NCBI GenBank assembly: GCA_030603365.1
Contig: JAUVXV010000002.1
Span: 96,001-160,000, forward strand
Length of the DNA: 64,000 nucleotides
Origin: Candidatus Heimdallarchaeota archaeon
Lineage (GTDB): Archaea > Asgardarchaeota > Heimdallarchaeia > Heimdallarchaeales > Heimdallarchaeaceae
Direction of reading: 5' to 3'
Under the pieces are notes generated by a model. That model was given only the letters and a program-made list of their open reading frames with translations, was not told where the DNA came from and ran no database searches. Below are positions 28,460 to 39,584 of the stretch, piece by piece (within the stretch, counting starts at the first letter, position 1; every line of letters begins with the position of its first letter). Both the position numbers and the translations under genes were made by a program.

Positions 28460-28834
28460 CTAGATCAACTCTCTAGACACCATAGTGATTACTTCTTTTG
28501 CTTCTTCTGAAAGAAGTTTCTTTTTTGGTGTTAATGCAGCAAGCAACAAATCATTGAGTATATTTTCTCTATTTTTGTTTACTACTTCTAGAAGCGTTAA
28601 ATCATCAACTTGAGTCTTATCTTTGTAAAGTTTAACTATCTCTTCAACCAAGTCATTAGTTGTTGATTGCATTGCTTTAATAATTCTTTTTTCTGAAGCT
28701 GTAACTTTCCCATCTCTCACACAATAGGTTTTCACTGCTTCAACCATTTGATCAAGTGCAGATCTTAATTCCGCTTCCTCAGTTTCTGTTAAAATGTCTT
28801 CTAATATTTCCACGTCTTCGACCACAAATACCAC
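28460..28834 (-). CDS. Small acidic helical protein, TerB-like motif
   Basis: 124 aa; DGKVTASEKRII resembles the TerB-family DG.v...E...i motif. Confidence 0.5.
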   Translation of the reverse strand: MVFVVEDVEILEDILTETEEAELRSALDQMVEAVKTYCVRDGKVTASEKRIIKAMQSTTNDLVEEIVKLYKDKTQVDDLTLLEVVNKNRENILNDLLLAALTPKKKLLSEEAKEVITMVSRELI

Positions 28835-28908
28835 CCCTAACCAGCAAAGTGATTAATAATATTTAAGCAAGTAATTCTTTGCTTTTCATTACTTTTAAAT
28901 GTTATCTA

Positions 28909-29919
28909 TCATTTTTCTGAAGTGGAAAGACGGATATCAGAATAGTCTCCAACTTTTAGTGAATGGGCTTTCATTCCCTGAACTTTGCTATTTGTACCTA
29001 TAACAGAGTCGGAAATAATTGAATCCTTGAGAATTGACTTCTCTAGAATAACAGAATTCTTGATTTCACTATTCTCTACGTGTACTCCTTCTTCTATCAT
29101 AACATAAGGACCTATAACTGAATCAGTAATTTTAGTTCCCTTTGCAACAAAGACTGGAGGGATAATTTCTGTATTGATAACTTCTCCTAAAACAGCATGG
29201 GTTTGATCATTAAGGTAATGTTTATTCACAGCAAGCAGATCCTCAGGAAAACCTATATCTAGACGCCATCCAGAGATCAGACTTGCTTTGACAGAATATC
29301 CTTGATCAATTAGAGCTTGTATTGCATCTGTCAATTCATATTCTCCTCTGAAAGATGGTTTTAAATCCGCAAACATATTGAAAATTACTGGTGAGAACAC
29401 ATAGAATCCTGTAATCACATAGTTGCTCTTAGGATTCTGAGGTTTTTCCTCAAGAGATAAAACTTTATCTCCTTCTAGTTCCACTACGCCATACCTCTGA
29501 GGATTTTCATTTTCTTCTAGATGTAGAGTTGCAGAAGCTTTAGTTTCTAGATGTAAATCAATTACTTTTTTCAGATCAGTGGAGAACAGATTATCACCTA
29601 AAAAGACCACAAAATCTCCAGTGATATAATCTTTAACAAGATTTACAGCTGTTGCTAAACCTTTGATTTGAGTCGAATTTTGAATCACATAGGTTATTTT
29701 TACCCCAAGTTCTTCTCCGTTTTTGAAGTAGTTCATGATTGATTCTCTTTCATATCCTACTACCATGATTATATCTGTAATATTCAATACATCTCTTAGA
29801 TACTCCAAAGAGTGATGCAAAATTGGCTTTCCTGCTACTGGAAGCATATGTTTAGGTCTGAAACTGGTTAAAGGGAGAAGTCTTCTTCCATGTCCAGCTG
29901 CTAAGATAACTCCTTTCAT
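28909..29919 (-). CDS. Glucose-1-phosphate thymidylyltransferase (long form) / sugar-phosphate nucleotidyltransferase
   Basis: ILAAGHGRRLLPLT...PK, FLGDN, EKP, RGEYELTDAI; C-terminal left-handed beta-helix. Confidence 0.9.
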   Translation of the reverse strand: MKGVILAAGHGRRLLPLTSFRPKHMLPVAGKPILHHSLEYLRDVLNITDIIMVVGYERESIMNYFKNGEELGVKITYVIQNSTQIKGLATAVNLVKDYITGDFVVFLGDNLFSTDLKKVIDLHLETKASATLHLEENENPQRYGVVELEGDKVLSLEEKPQNPKSNYVITGFYVFSPVIFNMFADLKPSFRGEYELTDAIQALIDQGYSVKASLISGWRLDIGFPEDLLAVNKHYLNDQTHAVLGEVINTEIIPPVFVAKGTKITDSVIGPYVMIEEGVHVENSEIKNSVILEKSILKDSIISDSVIGTNSKVQGMKAHSLKVGDYSDIRLSTSEK

Positions 29920-30459
29920 AATTACACCTTATGTCTTATCGAACCTATTTTTCGAATTTGAATTCATAACAAATTAAGTTTTTCTAAAGTTATCTGTTAT
30001 TGTAAACTATAAAAGAATTCTCTTATGAATAAAACTTATTCCTAGATAAAGAGAGGTAGTTTGAATGATCGACTGGATTTTACTATATAAAATCTGATTA
30101 TCATAAAATAGCAGAGCACTTATAGGTTCCTTAGGTTATCTTCTATATGACATTACAACAAAAATTATAGTCCAAAAATTTAAATTTACATTTAACAATA
30201 TAATTATATAAATTCCATTTATTAAAAAGTTTATATAAACTGTGTTTTTTTCCTTTGTAATCCATATTTTTAAAATTACAAAATTTTGGAAGTATAAGCT
30301 TATATATAGGACAATATAGTGTTTAAACAGGTTAAAATCTAGTTATAACTTGGGATTATGCATTCTTGTCAAAGGTTATTAATGGGGAACTAAAATATTT
30401 ATCATAATTTTTGAAAAAGATTGAAAGGTTCAGTTATAGCGTTGATTGAGGAAGAGAAA

Positions 30460-31167
30460 ATGAAAGAAAAAGAATCGGAAGGGAAACTTGCAATATTAAT
30501 TCCAACTTTAAATGAAGAACAAGCAATTGGAAAACTTGTAGCAAAATGTACAGATGTTACTGAAAAAGTATATTTGATTGATGGTCTTTCAACCGATAAA
30601 ACTATAGAGAATGCAAAGAAAGTTGGAGCAAAGATATTGCTTTGTGAAGAGAAAGGCAAAGGAATCGCATTAATTAAAGGATTTAAGAGCATTTTGGAAG
30701 ACAATAATGTTGATTTTATTGCTTATATTGACGGCGATAACACATATGATCCATCAGATATTAATCACATCTATCGACGGATGAAAAAAGAATCCCAATA
30801 TGATTTGATGATTGGGAATAGATTTCCAAAAAGAGAGAAGGGTACAATTACAAGACTTAATATGTTGGGAAATAAGGTTTTTTCAAAGCTAATAAGTATT
30901 TTAGTTAAACAAAAAATTGTAGATAGTCAATCAGGATTACGAATAATGTCCAAGGATGTCGCAGATTTTCTAGTAAAAACATTAAAATCTAGAAACTTTG
31001 AAATCGAAACAGAAATGATTGTGAAAGCTGCAAAAGTAGGATACAAAATAGGAGAAACCCCTATAAATTACTATAAAAGAGATGGAGATACTAAATTAGA
31101 TCCATTAATTGACGGATTTCGAATATTGAAAACAATTTTCAAATCTGCAGTTAACAGGAAATCGTGA
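30460..31167 (+). CDS. GT2 glycosyltransferase, DPM1/AglJ-like
   Basis: IPTLNEE, IDGLSTD, GKG, DGDNTY, DSQSGLR, FEIETEM; ATG at 30460 preferred over TTG at 30421. Confidence 0.88.
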   Translation: MKEKESEGKLAILIPTLNEEQAIGKLVAKCTDVTEKVYLIDGLSTDKTIENAKKVGAKILLCEEKGKGIALIKGFKSILEDNNVDFIAYIDGDNTYDPSDINHIYRRMKKESQYDLMIGNRFPKREKGTITRLNMLGNKVFSKLISILVKQKIVDSQSGLRIMSKDVADFLVKTLKSRNFEIETEMIVKAAKVGYKIGETPINYYKRDGDTKLDPLIDGFRILKTIFKSAVNRKS

Positions 31168-31190
31168 ATGCTATATCTCGATGCTTTAAA

Positions 31191-32402
31191 CTAATTTACT
31201 CTTGTTGATTCGATTAAGGGAATTTCAGTTATTTCTTTTTTTGACTGAAAAAAGATCATATAATTAGCATATAATAGACTTAATACAATTTGAATATAAC
31301 CATAAATACTATTTCTAACAATTGGAATCAATAATACAACAATAATAACTGATGGTAAAACTATGTAAAGAATTACTGAATTGATACGAATAGCTAATAA
31401 GATAATTGATAAAGAAAAACTGAATACTGAAAATATTATTAATACAGGAAAAACGAAAGAGAAATAGAAATAAAAAGGATAAAGCAAAAAACCAATAAAA
31501 ATCTGTTTCTGATTAAAAAGAAGAATTTTGAATCCCCATATAGTTCTTAATAAATTAACTGCCCTTATCTTCTTCTGATCAAATCTTTCCTTTACTTTTG
31601 TAGGAAAATGCTCAAAATAATAAACTTGTTTAGAGAAATGCACTTTAAAACCTTTTTTTATTATCCATAGCGATGATTCATTATCATAACAGCCATTAAT
31701 ATTTTTTAAATCTGAAATCAAATTTCTCCGCAAAATAACTAATTCACCTTTTACTATAAATGTTGATCCAATGTTTGTTTCTTTCATTCTTAATAAATCA
31801 AAAAAACTTTGGTAAAAAATCTCCATTTTTGAACTTCTTTTCTCTGGATTTAAAATTTTACATGATCCTGAGATTGAGCCCACATCTTGATTTTTTGTAA
31901 AAATATCAATAGCTGATTTGATTGCTGTTTCGCCAATAAGAGAATGAGAATCTGTTAGAACCACATATTCAGATTTTGCATTTTCTACTCCTAGCATTAT
32001 AGCTCTGTTATAACCCATTCTTTCTTTTGAATGAATTAGTTGAATATTATCATATTTTGTTTGAATTTTTGAAATAATATTAGGCGTATTGTCAGTTGAA
32101 TCATCTATAACAAAAATTTCAATTCTTGATGGATAATCAATATTCAAAATCGACGATAATTTAGTTTCAATTACTTTTTCCTCATTATGTGTTGGGATTA
32201 CAATTGTTATTGGTACATACTGAGTACCTGCAAATTCAGTTTCTGAAGATAATGATTTTCTTGTATTTGATGATTTCACATACACAAAGAGATTGCCTAT
32301 TATCAAACTAACAAAATAAAAGAAAATGGGCATGAATGGAACAAATGTTACTATTAGAAATATCAAATCAAGATGTAACATTGGAAACATAAATGTGCCC
32401 AT
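31191..32402 (-). CDS. GT2 glycosyltransferase, membrane-bound CesA/IcaA-like
   Basis: N-terminal TM, IPTHNEE, IDDSTD, TDSH, QKKIR (QxxRW-like), C-terminal TMs. Confidence 0.85.
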   Translation of the reverse strand: MGTFMFPMLHLDLIFLIVTFVPFMPIFFYFVSLIIGNLFVYVKSSNTRKSLSSETEFAGTQYVPITIVIPTHNEEKVIETKLSSILNIDYPSRIEIFVIDDSTDNTPNIISKIQTKYDNIQLIHSKERMGYNRAIMLGVENAKSEYVVLTDSHSLIGETAIKSAIDIFTKNQDVGSISGSCKILNPEKRSSKMEIFYQSFFDLLRMKETNIGSTFIVKGELVILRRNLISDLKNINGCYDNESSLWIIKKGFKVHFSKQVYYFEHFPTKVKERFDQKKIRAVNLLRTIWGFKILLFNQKQIFIGFLLYPFYFYFSFVFPVLIIFSVFSFSLSIILLAIRINSVILYIVLPSVIIVVLLIPIVRNSIYGYIQIVLSLLYANYMIFFQSKKEITEIPLIESTRVN

Positions 32403-32647
32403 GCTTTAAAATTTTTCTCCTATTTCATTTAAGAAGAATTTTCTAATGCCCTTATTGAATCATCTAGAATGAAAAATTCAATCATTTAAATAAACTAAAT
32501 ATAATTCATATGAAAGTAAAGATGTGTTTTACATTGCAAAAGATTATTAATTAAGTATTTAGTTGAAATTGTTGAAGAAAAACTGATAAGACACATCTAA
32601 ATTGGAAACTCAACTGTAAATTCAACAAAGTTATTTAAAAAATCAAG

Positions 32648-34807
32648 ATGAGAGAAATGTTTAACAAAGAATCTTCCAAAAAAATCATAGCAAGTCTTGT
32701 CCCCTTTGTTCTTGGGTTAATTCTTGTATTGCTTTTTGTCCTCAAATCTCTTAATCCTTTAATCTGGGGGTTAATTGGAAGTTTATTTGTTTTTTCATGT
32801 ATAGTTTCTATATGGGTTAATAATCAAAATTTTTTATCTCTAATAGTAATATTTGTTTATCAAATTGTTCTGAAGATTCCATTACACTTCAAAAATCTAT
32901 TATATGTTTTTCAACCTGATGAAGCTTATCATTTAGGTTATTCAATGATACTTTCTTTTAATCAACAGTCATTACCAGTTGAAAGGATGATAGGATATAC
33001 TCCTTTTCCAATTCTAGATTTGATAGTTTCTAAATTGATATTAGCGATTGGTTTCTCAAATACTATAATTGCTGTAAAAATTGTAAATTCAATTTTGGTG
33101 GGACTTATCACAGTTTATCTAGCAGATAAAACCTTTCAAATTGTTTTTCGAGAAAAAAAGAGATTAGCTACATTTATTTTCGCATCTTGCTATAAGTTTC
33201 TCTTTTTTTCTTCACTCTATGTTTATGAAGCTCTCACTTTCATGTTGTTTGTTTTTGCAACTTATATCATAGTGTCATTGTATTGTTCAAAAGGTTCTAT
33301 AAAGCATTTTAAACTAAAAAAAACGTTTAAATATCTTGCTTTAATAGCTGTTTTTTCTTTATTAGGATTTTGGCACTATTTTTCCTACTTTCTTGGTTTT
33401 TTCTTAATTATATTGTTTTTCATCACGCAAAAAGAAACATTGAAGCTTGGAGATCAAACTAGAAGGAGAAGCTTAAAAAGTAAAATTCTGAATAATCTTT
33501 CTGTTATATGTATAACATTAATTTTGATAATCGCATTAAATATATGGGTGATGATAAGCAGTAAAGCAAGAGGGCAAGTAGGAAATTATTTCTATTCTTC
33601 GTTATCAAGTTTAAAAATTATTGAAGTATTAGGGGATTTAATATCACCTTATTCAAGAACGTTTTTGATAGTTATCGAAGCAAGTTTATTATTATTCATT
33701 TTTGTCGTAGGTGTTATTATAAAAAAATTAATAACAATTATTGCCAGAAATAAAGATAGTCTAACTTCAGTTTTGAATGTCAAAATATATCTGTTATTTT
33801 CAACAATCGCCATAGGTATAAGTTCAGCAATTTATATAGGATATTCAAAAAACATAGTTGGAGGATTAAACACAACTCAAAATCTCGGAATACTTAGTTA
33901 TCTAGCAATTCTTGGGTTATTGTTTTTCGTTTTCAATGTTTTGATATATCCCCTAATTGCAAGAAAAGGAAATATTCTTCTTAATTCGTTTTATATATTA
34001 TTTACACAATTAACTCTTATTTTTGCGTATTTAATTGTAAAAGATATCTACAATAGAATTTCTCAGATTGAAGGGACAGATACATTTTCTAGCACAATTC
34101 GTATAATCAATGAATTAAGTTATAGATTAATACCTTATATTATCTTTTTTGGTTGTATGTTTTTTATGTTTTATGAGAAATATTTTGTTAGATTATCAGA
34201 ATATATTAGAAAAATCTCTGTACATATTAGTACTTATGTTTTTAGAAAATTAAAAATAAAGAATAATGGAAAACGTAGAGTTTTTAATTTCAAAAAACTT
34301 GCATCAACAAGAAATTTGACTGTCATTTTTATATTTTTATTTTCTATTCAATCTATAGCATTCTCACCTTGGCAAATCTATCATTCAGAACTGAATTTAC
34401 CAGAAGATGACTTATATTTAGTTTCAAAATGGTTACGTTATAATTTAGATCAAACAACTGAATTTATTTTCGTTGAATATATGTATAGATCAATTGCAGC
34501 ATATTCGTTCTTAAATGTTCCAAATCTGGAAGAAAAAGCAGCAGATATTATACTGGGAATGTACTATCAAAGGGATTTAGAGTTAGTAATAAACATTCTG
34601 AGTAATTTCAGTTGCTTCTACTTTATATTTGATTTAGTAGGACTAGATGCTGAATTTATGACAAAAATTGCAAGAGATAAATACTTAATTTCATTTTACA
34701 ATATTGATCCAGAAGTTTTAGAATGTTATAATGATAGTATTCCAGTGAATGAAGAAATACTCACTGTATTTAGTACTGATACTCTACTAGTTTTAAAAAT
34801 CATATAG
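32648..34807 (+). CDS. Polytopic membrane protein, putative GT-C-fold glycosyltransferase or polymerase
   Basis: Many TM helices; acidic PDEAYH in the first external loop; C-terminal soluble domain; glycan-cluster context. Confidence 0.55.
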   Translation: MREMFNKESSKKIIASLVPFVLGLILVLLFVLKSLNPLIWGLIGSLFVFSCIVSIWVNNQNFLSLIVIFVYQIVLKIPLHFKNLLYVFQPDEAYHLGYSMILSFNQQSLPVERMIGYTPFPILDLIVSKLILAIGFSNTIIAVKIVNSILVGLITVYLADKTFQIVFREKKRLATFIFASCYKFLFFSSLYVYEALTFMLFVFATYIIVSLYCSKGSIKHFKLKKTFKYLALIAVFSLLGFWHYFSYFLGFFLIILFFITQKETLKLGDQTRRRSLKSKILNNLSVICITLILIIALNIWVMISSKARGQVGNYFYSSLSSLKIIEVLGDLISPYSRTFLIVIEASLLLFIFVVGVIIKKLITIIARNKDSLTSVLNVKIYLLFSTIAIGISSAIYIGYSKNIVGGLNTTQNLGILSYLAILGLLFFVFNVLIYPLIARKGNILLNSFYILFTQLTLIFAYLIVKDIYNRISQIEGTDTFSSTIRIINELSYRLIPYIIFFGCMFFMFYEKYFVRLSEYIRKISVHISTYVFRKLKIKNNGKRRVFNFKKLASTRNLTVIFIFLFSIQSIAFSPWQIYHSELNLPEDDLYLVSKWLRYNLDQTTEFIFVEYMYRSIAAYSFLNVPNLEEKAADIILGMYYQRDLELVINILSNFSCFYFIFDLVGLDAEFMTKIARDKYLISFYNIDPEVLECYNDSIPVNEEILTVFSTDTLLVLKII

Positions 34808-34826
34808 ATTGTTATTTACTGACACC

Positions 34827-35984
34827 TCATTCTCTAATATTCATATTTACCAATGATTCAAACCATTTTAATAATCTCTCAATACCCTCCTCAAATGAGT
34901 AGATAACATAATCTATCTTTTTTATTTTAGAATCATACATTTCCAAAATAATATCTGCTAGTTCTCTTTCATTACCTGCATTAAAAAATTTTGCATATCC
35001 TGTGAATTGCTCAACAGCAGAACCAACTCTAGATGCAATAATTGGAAGATTATAATGTGCTGCTTCTATCAGAGTGAGTTGACATCCCTCTGAAAAGCTA
35101 GCACTTAGGAGAGCAGAGCTTCTATTGTATAGCATGGTTATCGTTTTATTTTCTACATAGCCTAACCATTTAATTTGTTCCTGTATCTTATATTCTCTAA
35201 TTCTTTTTTTAATCTTATTTGTATAAAATTTTCCAAAGAAAGGCATTTCACTACCTGCTATAAGTAGCTTAATGTTCTTATTGTTTGCAATTTTCAATGC
35301 TTCTATAATTGTATGAATACCTTTAGTGTAATAAAGTGATCCAACAAAAAGTAGAAGAAAGTCTCTATCTTTTAATTGATGTGAATTCTGATATATCTTC
35401 CATTCTTCTTCATTGCTCAAATATTCTTTGTAATTACTGAATAAACCATAAGGCAAGGTAAAAATTTTTTCAGCTGAAACTCCTAAATGTATTAAACTTT
35501 TAGTCATGTTCTCTGATATAGAGAGATAGAAGTATCGTTCTTTAATAACTTTTTTCTTAAAGTATTGAATTGTTTTATACCAGACTCTAAAAAGAAGGGA
35601 AATTGAAAAAGGAGATAGATCGTCTTTAATATAAAATCCTGGTTCGTCATGAAATAATATAATGGTCTTGATGTTCTTGGGTGTTGGTAAAGCATAACCA
35701 GAATAAACTGAAGATAGTATTAAATCAGGTTTAATTTTTCTACAAACTTTTCTAAGTTTTTTTTTTCCAAAGATTCTATAGAAAACATATTCAAAAAATG
35801 GAATTTTAAAACTGTAGGTAGGATTGAAAAAGATTTCACCTATACCATCAAATGTTTTATCATCAGTTATTGAAAAAAGATCTATTTTTGTTTCAAAATG
35901 CAACTTTATTAGTTTTGAAATTCTTTCAGCGCCATATTTCGGAGACCCCAATCCTCTAGAAACATACAATACTCTCATAAACAT
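34827..35984 (-). CDS. GT4 glycosyltransferase
   Basis: FVGSLYYTKG, SEGCQLTLIEA (Ex7E), PIIASRVG. Confidence 0.9.
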   Translation of the reverse strand: MFMRVLYVSRGLGSPKYGAERISKLIKLHFETKIDLFSITDDKTFDGIGEIFFNPTYSFKIPFFEYVFYRIFGKKKLRKVCRKIKPDLILSSVYSGYALPTPKNIKTIILFHDEPGFYIKDDLSPFSISLLFRVWYKTIQYFKKKVIKERYFYLSISENMTKSLIHLGVSAEKIFTLPYGLFSNYKEYLSNEEEWKIYQNSHQLKDRDFLLLFVGSLYYTKGIHTIIEALKIANNKNIKLLIAGSEMPFFGKFYTNKIKKRIREYKIQEQIKWLGYVENKTITMLYNRSSALLSASFSEGCQLTLIEAAHYNLPIIASRVGSAVEQFTGYAKFFNAGNERELADIILEMYDSKIKKIDYVIYSFEEGIERLLKWFESLVNMNIRE

Positions 35985-36028
35985 CCCTTTAGATTTTCAT
36001 TTAATAAAAATGTTGTTATGGATTTATA

Positions 36029-37153
36029 CTAATCTAGCAATCTCATAAATATGTCATCAGAGAGAAAGTAGTTTACAACATTTTCCATTGTAACTGAAAT
36101 AGGGTATTGAGGTTTGTATCCTAATTCTTTTTTAGCTTTTGAATAATCACAAACTAATATATTTACCTCTGTTGGTCTGTATCGCGATTTGTCGATTTCA
36201 AGACGATAGTCAATATCAAATAATGAAGCTGTAAGTTTAGCAAGATTTTCAATTGATATTCCATATCCATGACCTAGATTGTATACTTCACCCTTTGTGC
36301 CATTTAATATTGCTAATATGTATCCTTGAATCATATCTCGAATGTCTGTAAAATCTCTTATTGGTTTAGGGTTACCAATTCTAATAATTCTAGTTCCTTT
36401 CTTAATTGCTCCTGCCACTTGGCTAGCAATAACAGATGTCACGAATTGTAAACCTCTTTTTGGACCTGTATGGTTAAAACCTCTTGTTATTGTAACTGGT
36501 ACACCATATGCTCTAAAGTAAGTGAGTGAATACATTTCTGTAGCGACTTTACTAACTGCGTACGGTGATTGAGGTCTTAATGGATTGTTTTCATTAATTG
36601 GTATTTCATGTGGATGAACTAGTCCATATTCTTCACTACTACAAGCAACTTGCATGCATTGAAGATCAATGTTTTTTTTTCGTATTACTTCTAGTAAATT
36701 GACAGTTCCCTGAATGTTTGTGTGAATTGATTCAATTGGAGCTTTAAAGGATGTTGGGACAAAAGATTGAGCTGCTAAATGAAAAATATAATTTGGTTCT
36801 ATTTCAGTAATAGCTGATTCAAGAGAAGGGTAATCTATTAAATTTGCTTCTTTTAATATCACCTGATCTGTTATATTTCTTATATTTGGAAAAATTGGGA
36901 CAGATTGCCTTCTTACAGTACCGTAAACCTCTATATTCTCATCTAGTTCAACCAGTTTTTCAGCTAAATGACTTCCAACAAAACCAGTTATCCCAGTTAT
37001 TAAGATTCTTGAATCTGCCAATTTATTCCTATCGAAAAGCTCCTTTTTTTCCTTATCAAATTCTTGTAGATATATATCTATACAATCAGGATTTATTAAC
37101 AAATCTTTATATTTTTCATTAATCTCCTCAAAGAACTTATCTTCATTATTCAT
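36029..37153 (-). CDS. gmd: GDP-mannose 4,6-dehydratase (or related GDP-sugar SDR)
   Basis: LITGITGFVGSHL, HLAAQSFV, SSEEYG, SPYAVSK, FNHTGP; adjacent to fcl. Confidence 0.75.
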   Translation of the reverse strand: MNNEDKFFEEINEKYKDLLINPDCIDIYLQEFDKEKKELFDRNKLADSRILITGITGFVGSHLAEKLVELDENIEVYGTVRRQSVPIFPNIRNITDQVILKEANLIDYPSLESAITEIEPNYIFHLAAQSFVPTSFKAPIESIHTNIQGTVNLLEVIRKKNIDLQCMQVACSSEEYGLVHPHEIPINENNPLRPQSPYAVSKVATEMYSLTYFRAYGVPVTITRGFNHTGPKRGLQFVTSVIASQVAGAIKKGTRIIRIGNPKPIRDFTDIRDMIQGYILAILNGTKGEVYNLGHGYGISIENLAKLTASLFDIDYRLEIDKSRYRPTEVNILVCDYSKAKKELGYKPQYPISVTMENVVNYFLSDDIFMRLLD

Positions 37154-37247
37154 GTTTTTCGAATGTTTATCTTGTTATAAATATCTTTTGAAAAATATTG
37201 AATTATTACTCTAAAATGAGTATAGGAGATACTTCAAGTTTTTCTTA

Positions 37248-38195
37248 TTATTTTGTTTCAGATTTGTTGTTCAAATACCATTCATATGTTTTGACTATAC
37301 CTTCTTTCAAGGTTGTTTTTGCCTGCCACCCTAGGTTATTAATTTTGGTTATATCTAAAAGCTTCCTTGGAGTTCCATCAGGTATTGAAGTGTCATATGT
37401 TATATCACCTTCATAGCCAATAATACTTTTAATCAGAATTGCTAGTTCTTTTATTGATATGTCTTTTCCTACTCCTATATTTATCAATTCGGATGAAGAA
37501 TAATTGTCTATTAAAAATATACAAGCTTCTGCTAAATCATTTATGTAAAGGAATTCTCTTTTTGCTGAACCTGTCCCCCACAATTCAACAGATGGAATCT
37601 GGTTCTCTTTTGCTTCATGTATTTTCCTTATTAATGCAGGTAATACATGAGAAGTTTTTAGATCAAAATTATCTCTAGGACCATAAAGATTAGTTGGCAT
37701 TGCTGAGATGAAATTTGTTTCATATTGTTTATTATAAAACTGGCACATTTTAATACCTGCTATTTTCGCAATTGCATAAGCTTCATTTGTAGGCTCCAAC
37801 GAACCAGTAAGCAGATACTCTTCTTTTATTGGTTGTTCTGCGAATTTTGGATAAATGCAAGAGCTTCCTAAGAAAAGAAGTTTATTTGAAGAAAATTTGT
37901 ACGCAGAATCAATAATGTTTGATTGAATCATTATGTTATCATAAATAAATTCTGCAGGAAACGTTTTATTAGCAAGTATCCCTCCAACTTTCGCTGCGGC
38001 TAAAACAACATAACTAGGTTTTTCACTTCTAAAAAATTCAATTACTTTGTTTTGATTTCTGAGATCTAAATCCTTACTAGTTCTAGTGATTATATTTGTA
38101 AAACCTTTTTCTAATAACTTTTTTTGTATTGATGAACCAACCAGTCCATTATGCCCAGCTATGTAAATTGAGTCTTCTTTTTTCATGTATAACAC
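37248..38195 (-). CDS. fcl: GDP-L-fucose synthase
   Basis: AGHNGLVGS, AAKVGGI, LGSSCIYPK, LEPTNEAYAIAK, MPTNLYGP, WGTG. Confidence 0.95.
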   Translation of the reverse strand: MLYMKKEDSIYIAGHNGLVGSSIQKKLLEKGFTNIITRTSKDLDLRNQNKVIEFFRSEKPSYVVLAAAKVGGILANKTFPAEFIYDNIMIQSNIIDSAYKFSSNKLLFLGSSCIYPKFAEQPIKEEYLLTGSLEPTNEAYAIAKIAGIKMCQFYNKQYETNFISAMPTNLYGPRDNFDLKTSHVLPALIRKIHEAKENQIPSVELWGTGSAKREFLYINDLAEACIFLIDNYSSSELINIGVGKDISIKELAILIKSIIGYEGDITYDTSIPDGTPRKLLDITKINNLGWQAKTTLKEGIVKTYEWYLNNKSETK

Positions 38196-38228
38196 TACGT
38201 TTCTGCTTTATAATATTAGATTTAATCT

Positions 38229-39584
38229 TTATTCAATTTTTCTATCTCTGTATTTCAATCTACCTTTCTTAATGGAAAGAACAATACATATTCCAGAGAG
38301 AATTAAAGTAGATATGAACCAAGAGAAATTCACAGAAATTAAGTTAAATATAGGTTTGAAGATAAAAATACTTGCAAAATACAATCCAGTTTGTAGTGCA
38401 AACAGTATTTGAAGTAATCCTCTTTCGTTTCTTTGTCGTAATGCTGATATGTATATGAGAAATAGAGAGAGAGGATAAATTGATAACAAAATGAGTAGGA
38501 AAGACCAGAAATAGACCATAGAAAATTCTAAACCAAAAAGACCAATAATGAACTTCTGTAAAGCTAACAATGGAATAATTATTATTGTATCGATAATAAA
38601 TGCAAATTTAAATCTTGAGAGTAGCGTTTTAAGAGTTGTATCTCTTCTCTCTGTTATTAGAACAAAAGACAAAGAATTAGGAAACGAAGCTAACATACCC
38701 AGTATCGCCCAAGAGATATATATAAAAGCAGCATCTTCTGTATTGAAGAGTTTTATTACGATAGGGGTAGTTAGAAGCATTGGTAGAGATTGAATTAATG
38801 TTCCTGTATAATTATTAAATGAGAAAGAAACAAACTTCCGTAGTGAAATACTTTCTCCTTTCTGGGTTTGCGTTTCTGACTTTTCTCTCTTTTTGAATAT
38901 AATGAATAATAAAGTAGCTACAACACTGATTAGTTGAGAAGTTCCCCATACTATAAGCATACTTATTTCAGTATTATGAATATTAGAAAATACTATCAGA
39001 AAAATTCCAGAGAATAAAGACACAGTAAAAATGGCTTCCTTAATTAGCAGAAAATATGGGCTTTTTATCCCTACAAGTATATCATCAAATATAAGGAAAA
39101 GTGACACTATTATAGTAGTTAACAATGTCAAGAAAAACCAATTTGTTTTGCTTATATCTAATAGTTCTCTTAAGTAATTAAAAGTACTAACAAAAACTAA
39201 GGCTGCAATGAAATTAAGAGATAAAGGAATTAAGGAAATTGAGAACAATTGCTTTTTTCTAAAAGAATATAATGGAAATTTTAGAAACGCAGTTTGGATT
39301 CCAAACATCGCAAAAATAGCCCCTAATCTTAGAACAGAAACAACTGAGGACAATACTCCAACACCATCAGCCTCAAAAAAATACCCAATAACTATCCAAA
39401 AGATAAAAGCAATCGCACTACGAAATCCTATTGTAATAAAGCGAAGTATTGTTGCTTTATATACATCTTGTTTCCAATATTTATTGATATTATTAATAAC
39501 ATAATTCTGCATGAAACTCTTCAATTTTAAGCATCTTCCATTCGAAGTTACCATAAGAAATTTAAGTTTCGAATTTTCTTCCAA
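38229..39584 (-). CDS. Wzx/MATE-like oligosaccharide flippase
   Basis: About 12 TMs with a Wzx-like N-terminus (FIFWIVIG...GVG); true start may be downstream (MQNYV). Confidence 0.75.
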   Translation of the reverse strand: MEENSKLKFLMVTSNGRCLKLKSFMQNYVINNINKYWKQDVYKATILRFITIGFRSAIAFIFWIVIGYFFEADGVGVLSSVVSVLRLGAIFAMFGIQTAFLKFPLYSFRKKQLFSISLIPLSLNFIAALVFVSTFNYLRELLDISKTNWFFLTLLTTIIVSLFLIFDDILVGIKSPYFLLIKEAIFTVSLFSGIFLIVFSNIHNTEISMLIVWGTSQLISVVATLLFIIFKKREKSETQTQKGESISLRKFVSFSFNNYTGTLIQSLPMLLTTPIVIKLFNTEDAAFIYISWAILGMLASFPNSLSFVLITERRDTTLKTLLSRFKFAFIIDTIIIIPLLALQKFIIGLFGLEFSMVYFWSFLLILLSIYPLSLFLIYISALRQRNERGLLQILFALQTGLYFASIFIFKPIFNLISVNFSWFISTLILSGICIVLSIKKGRLKYRDRKIE

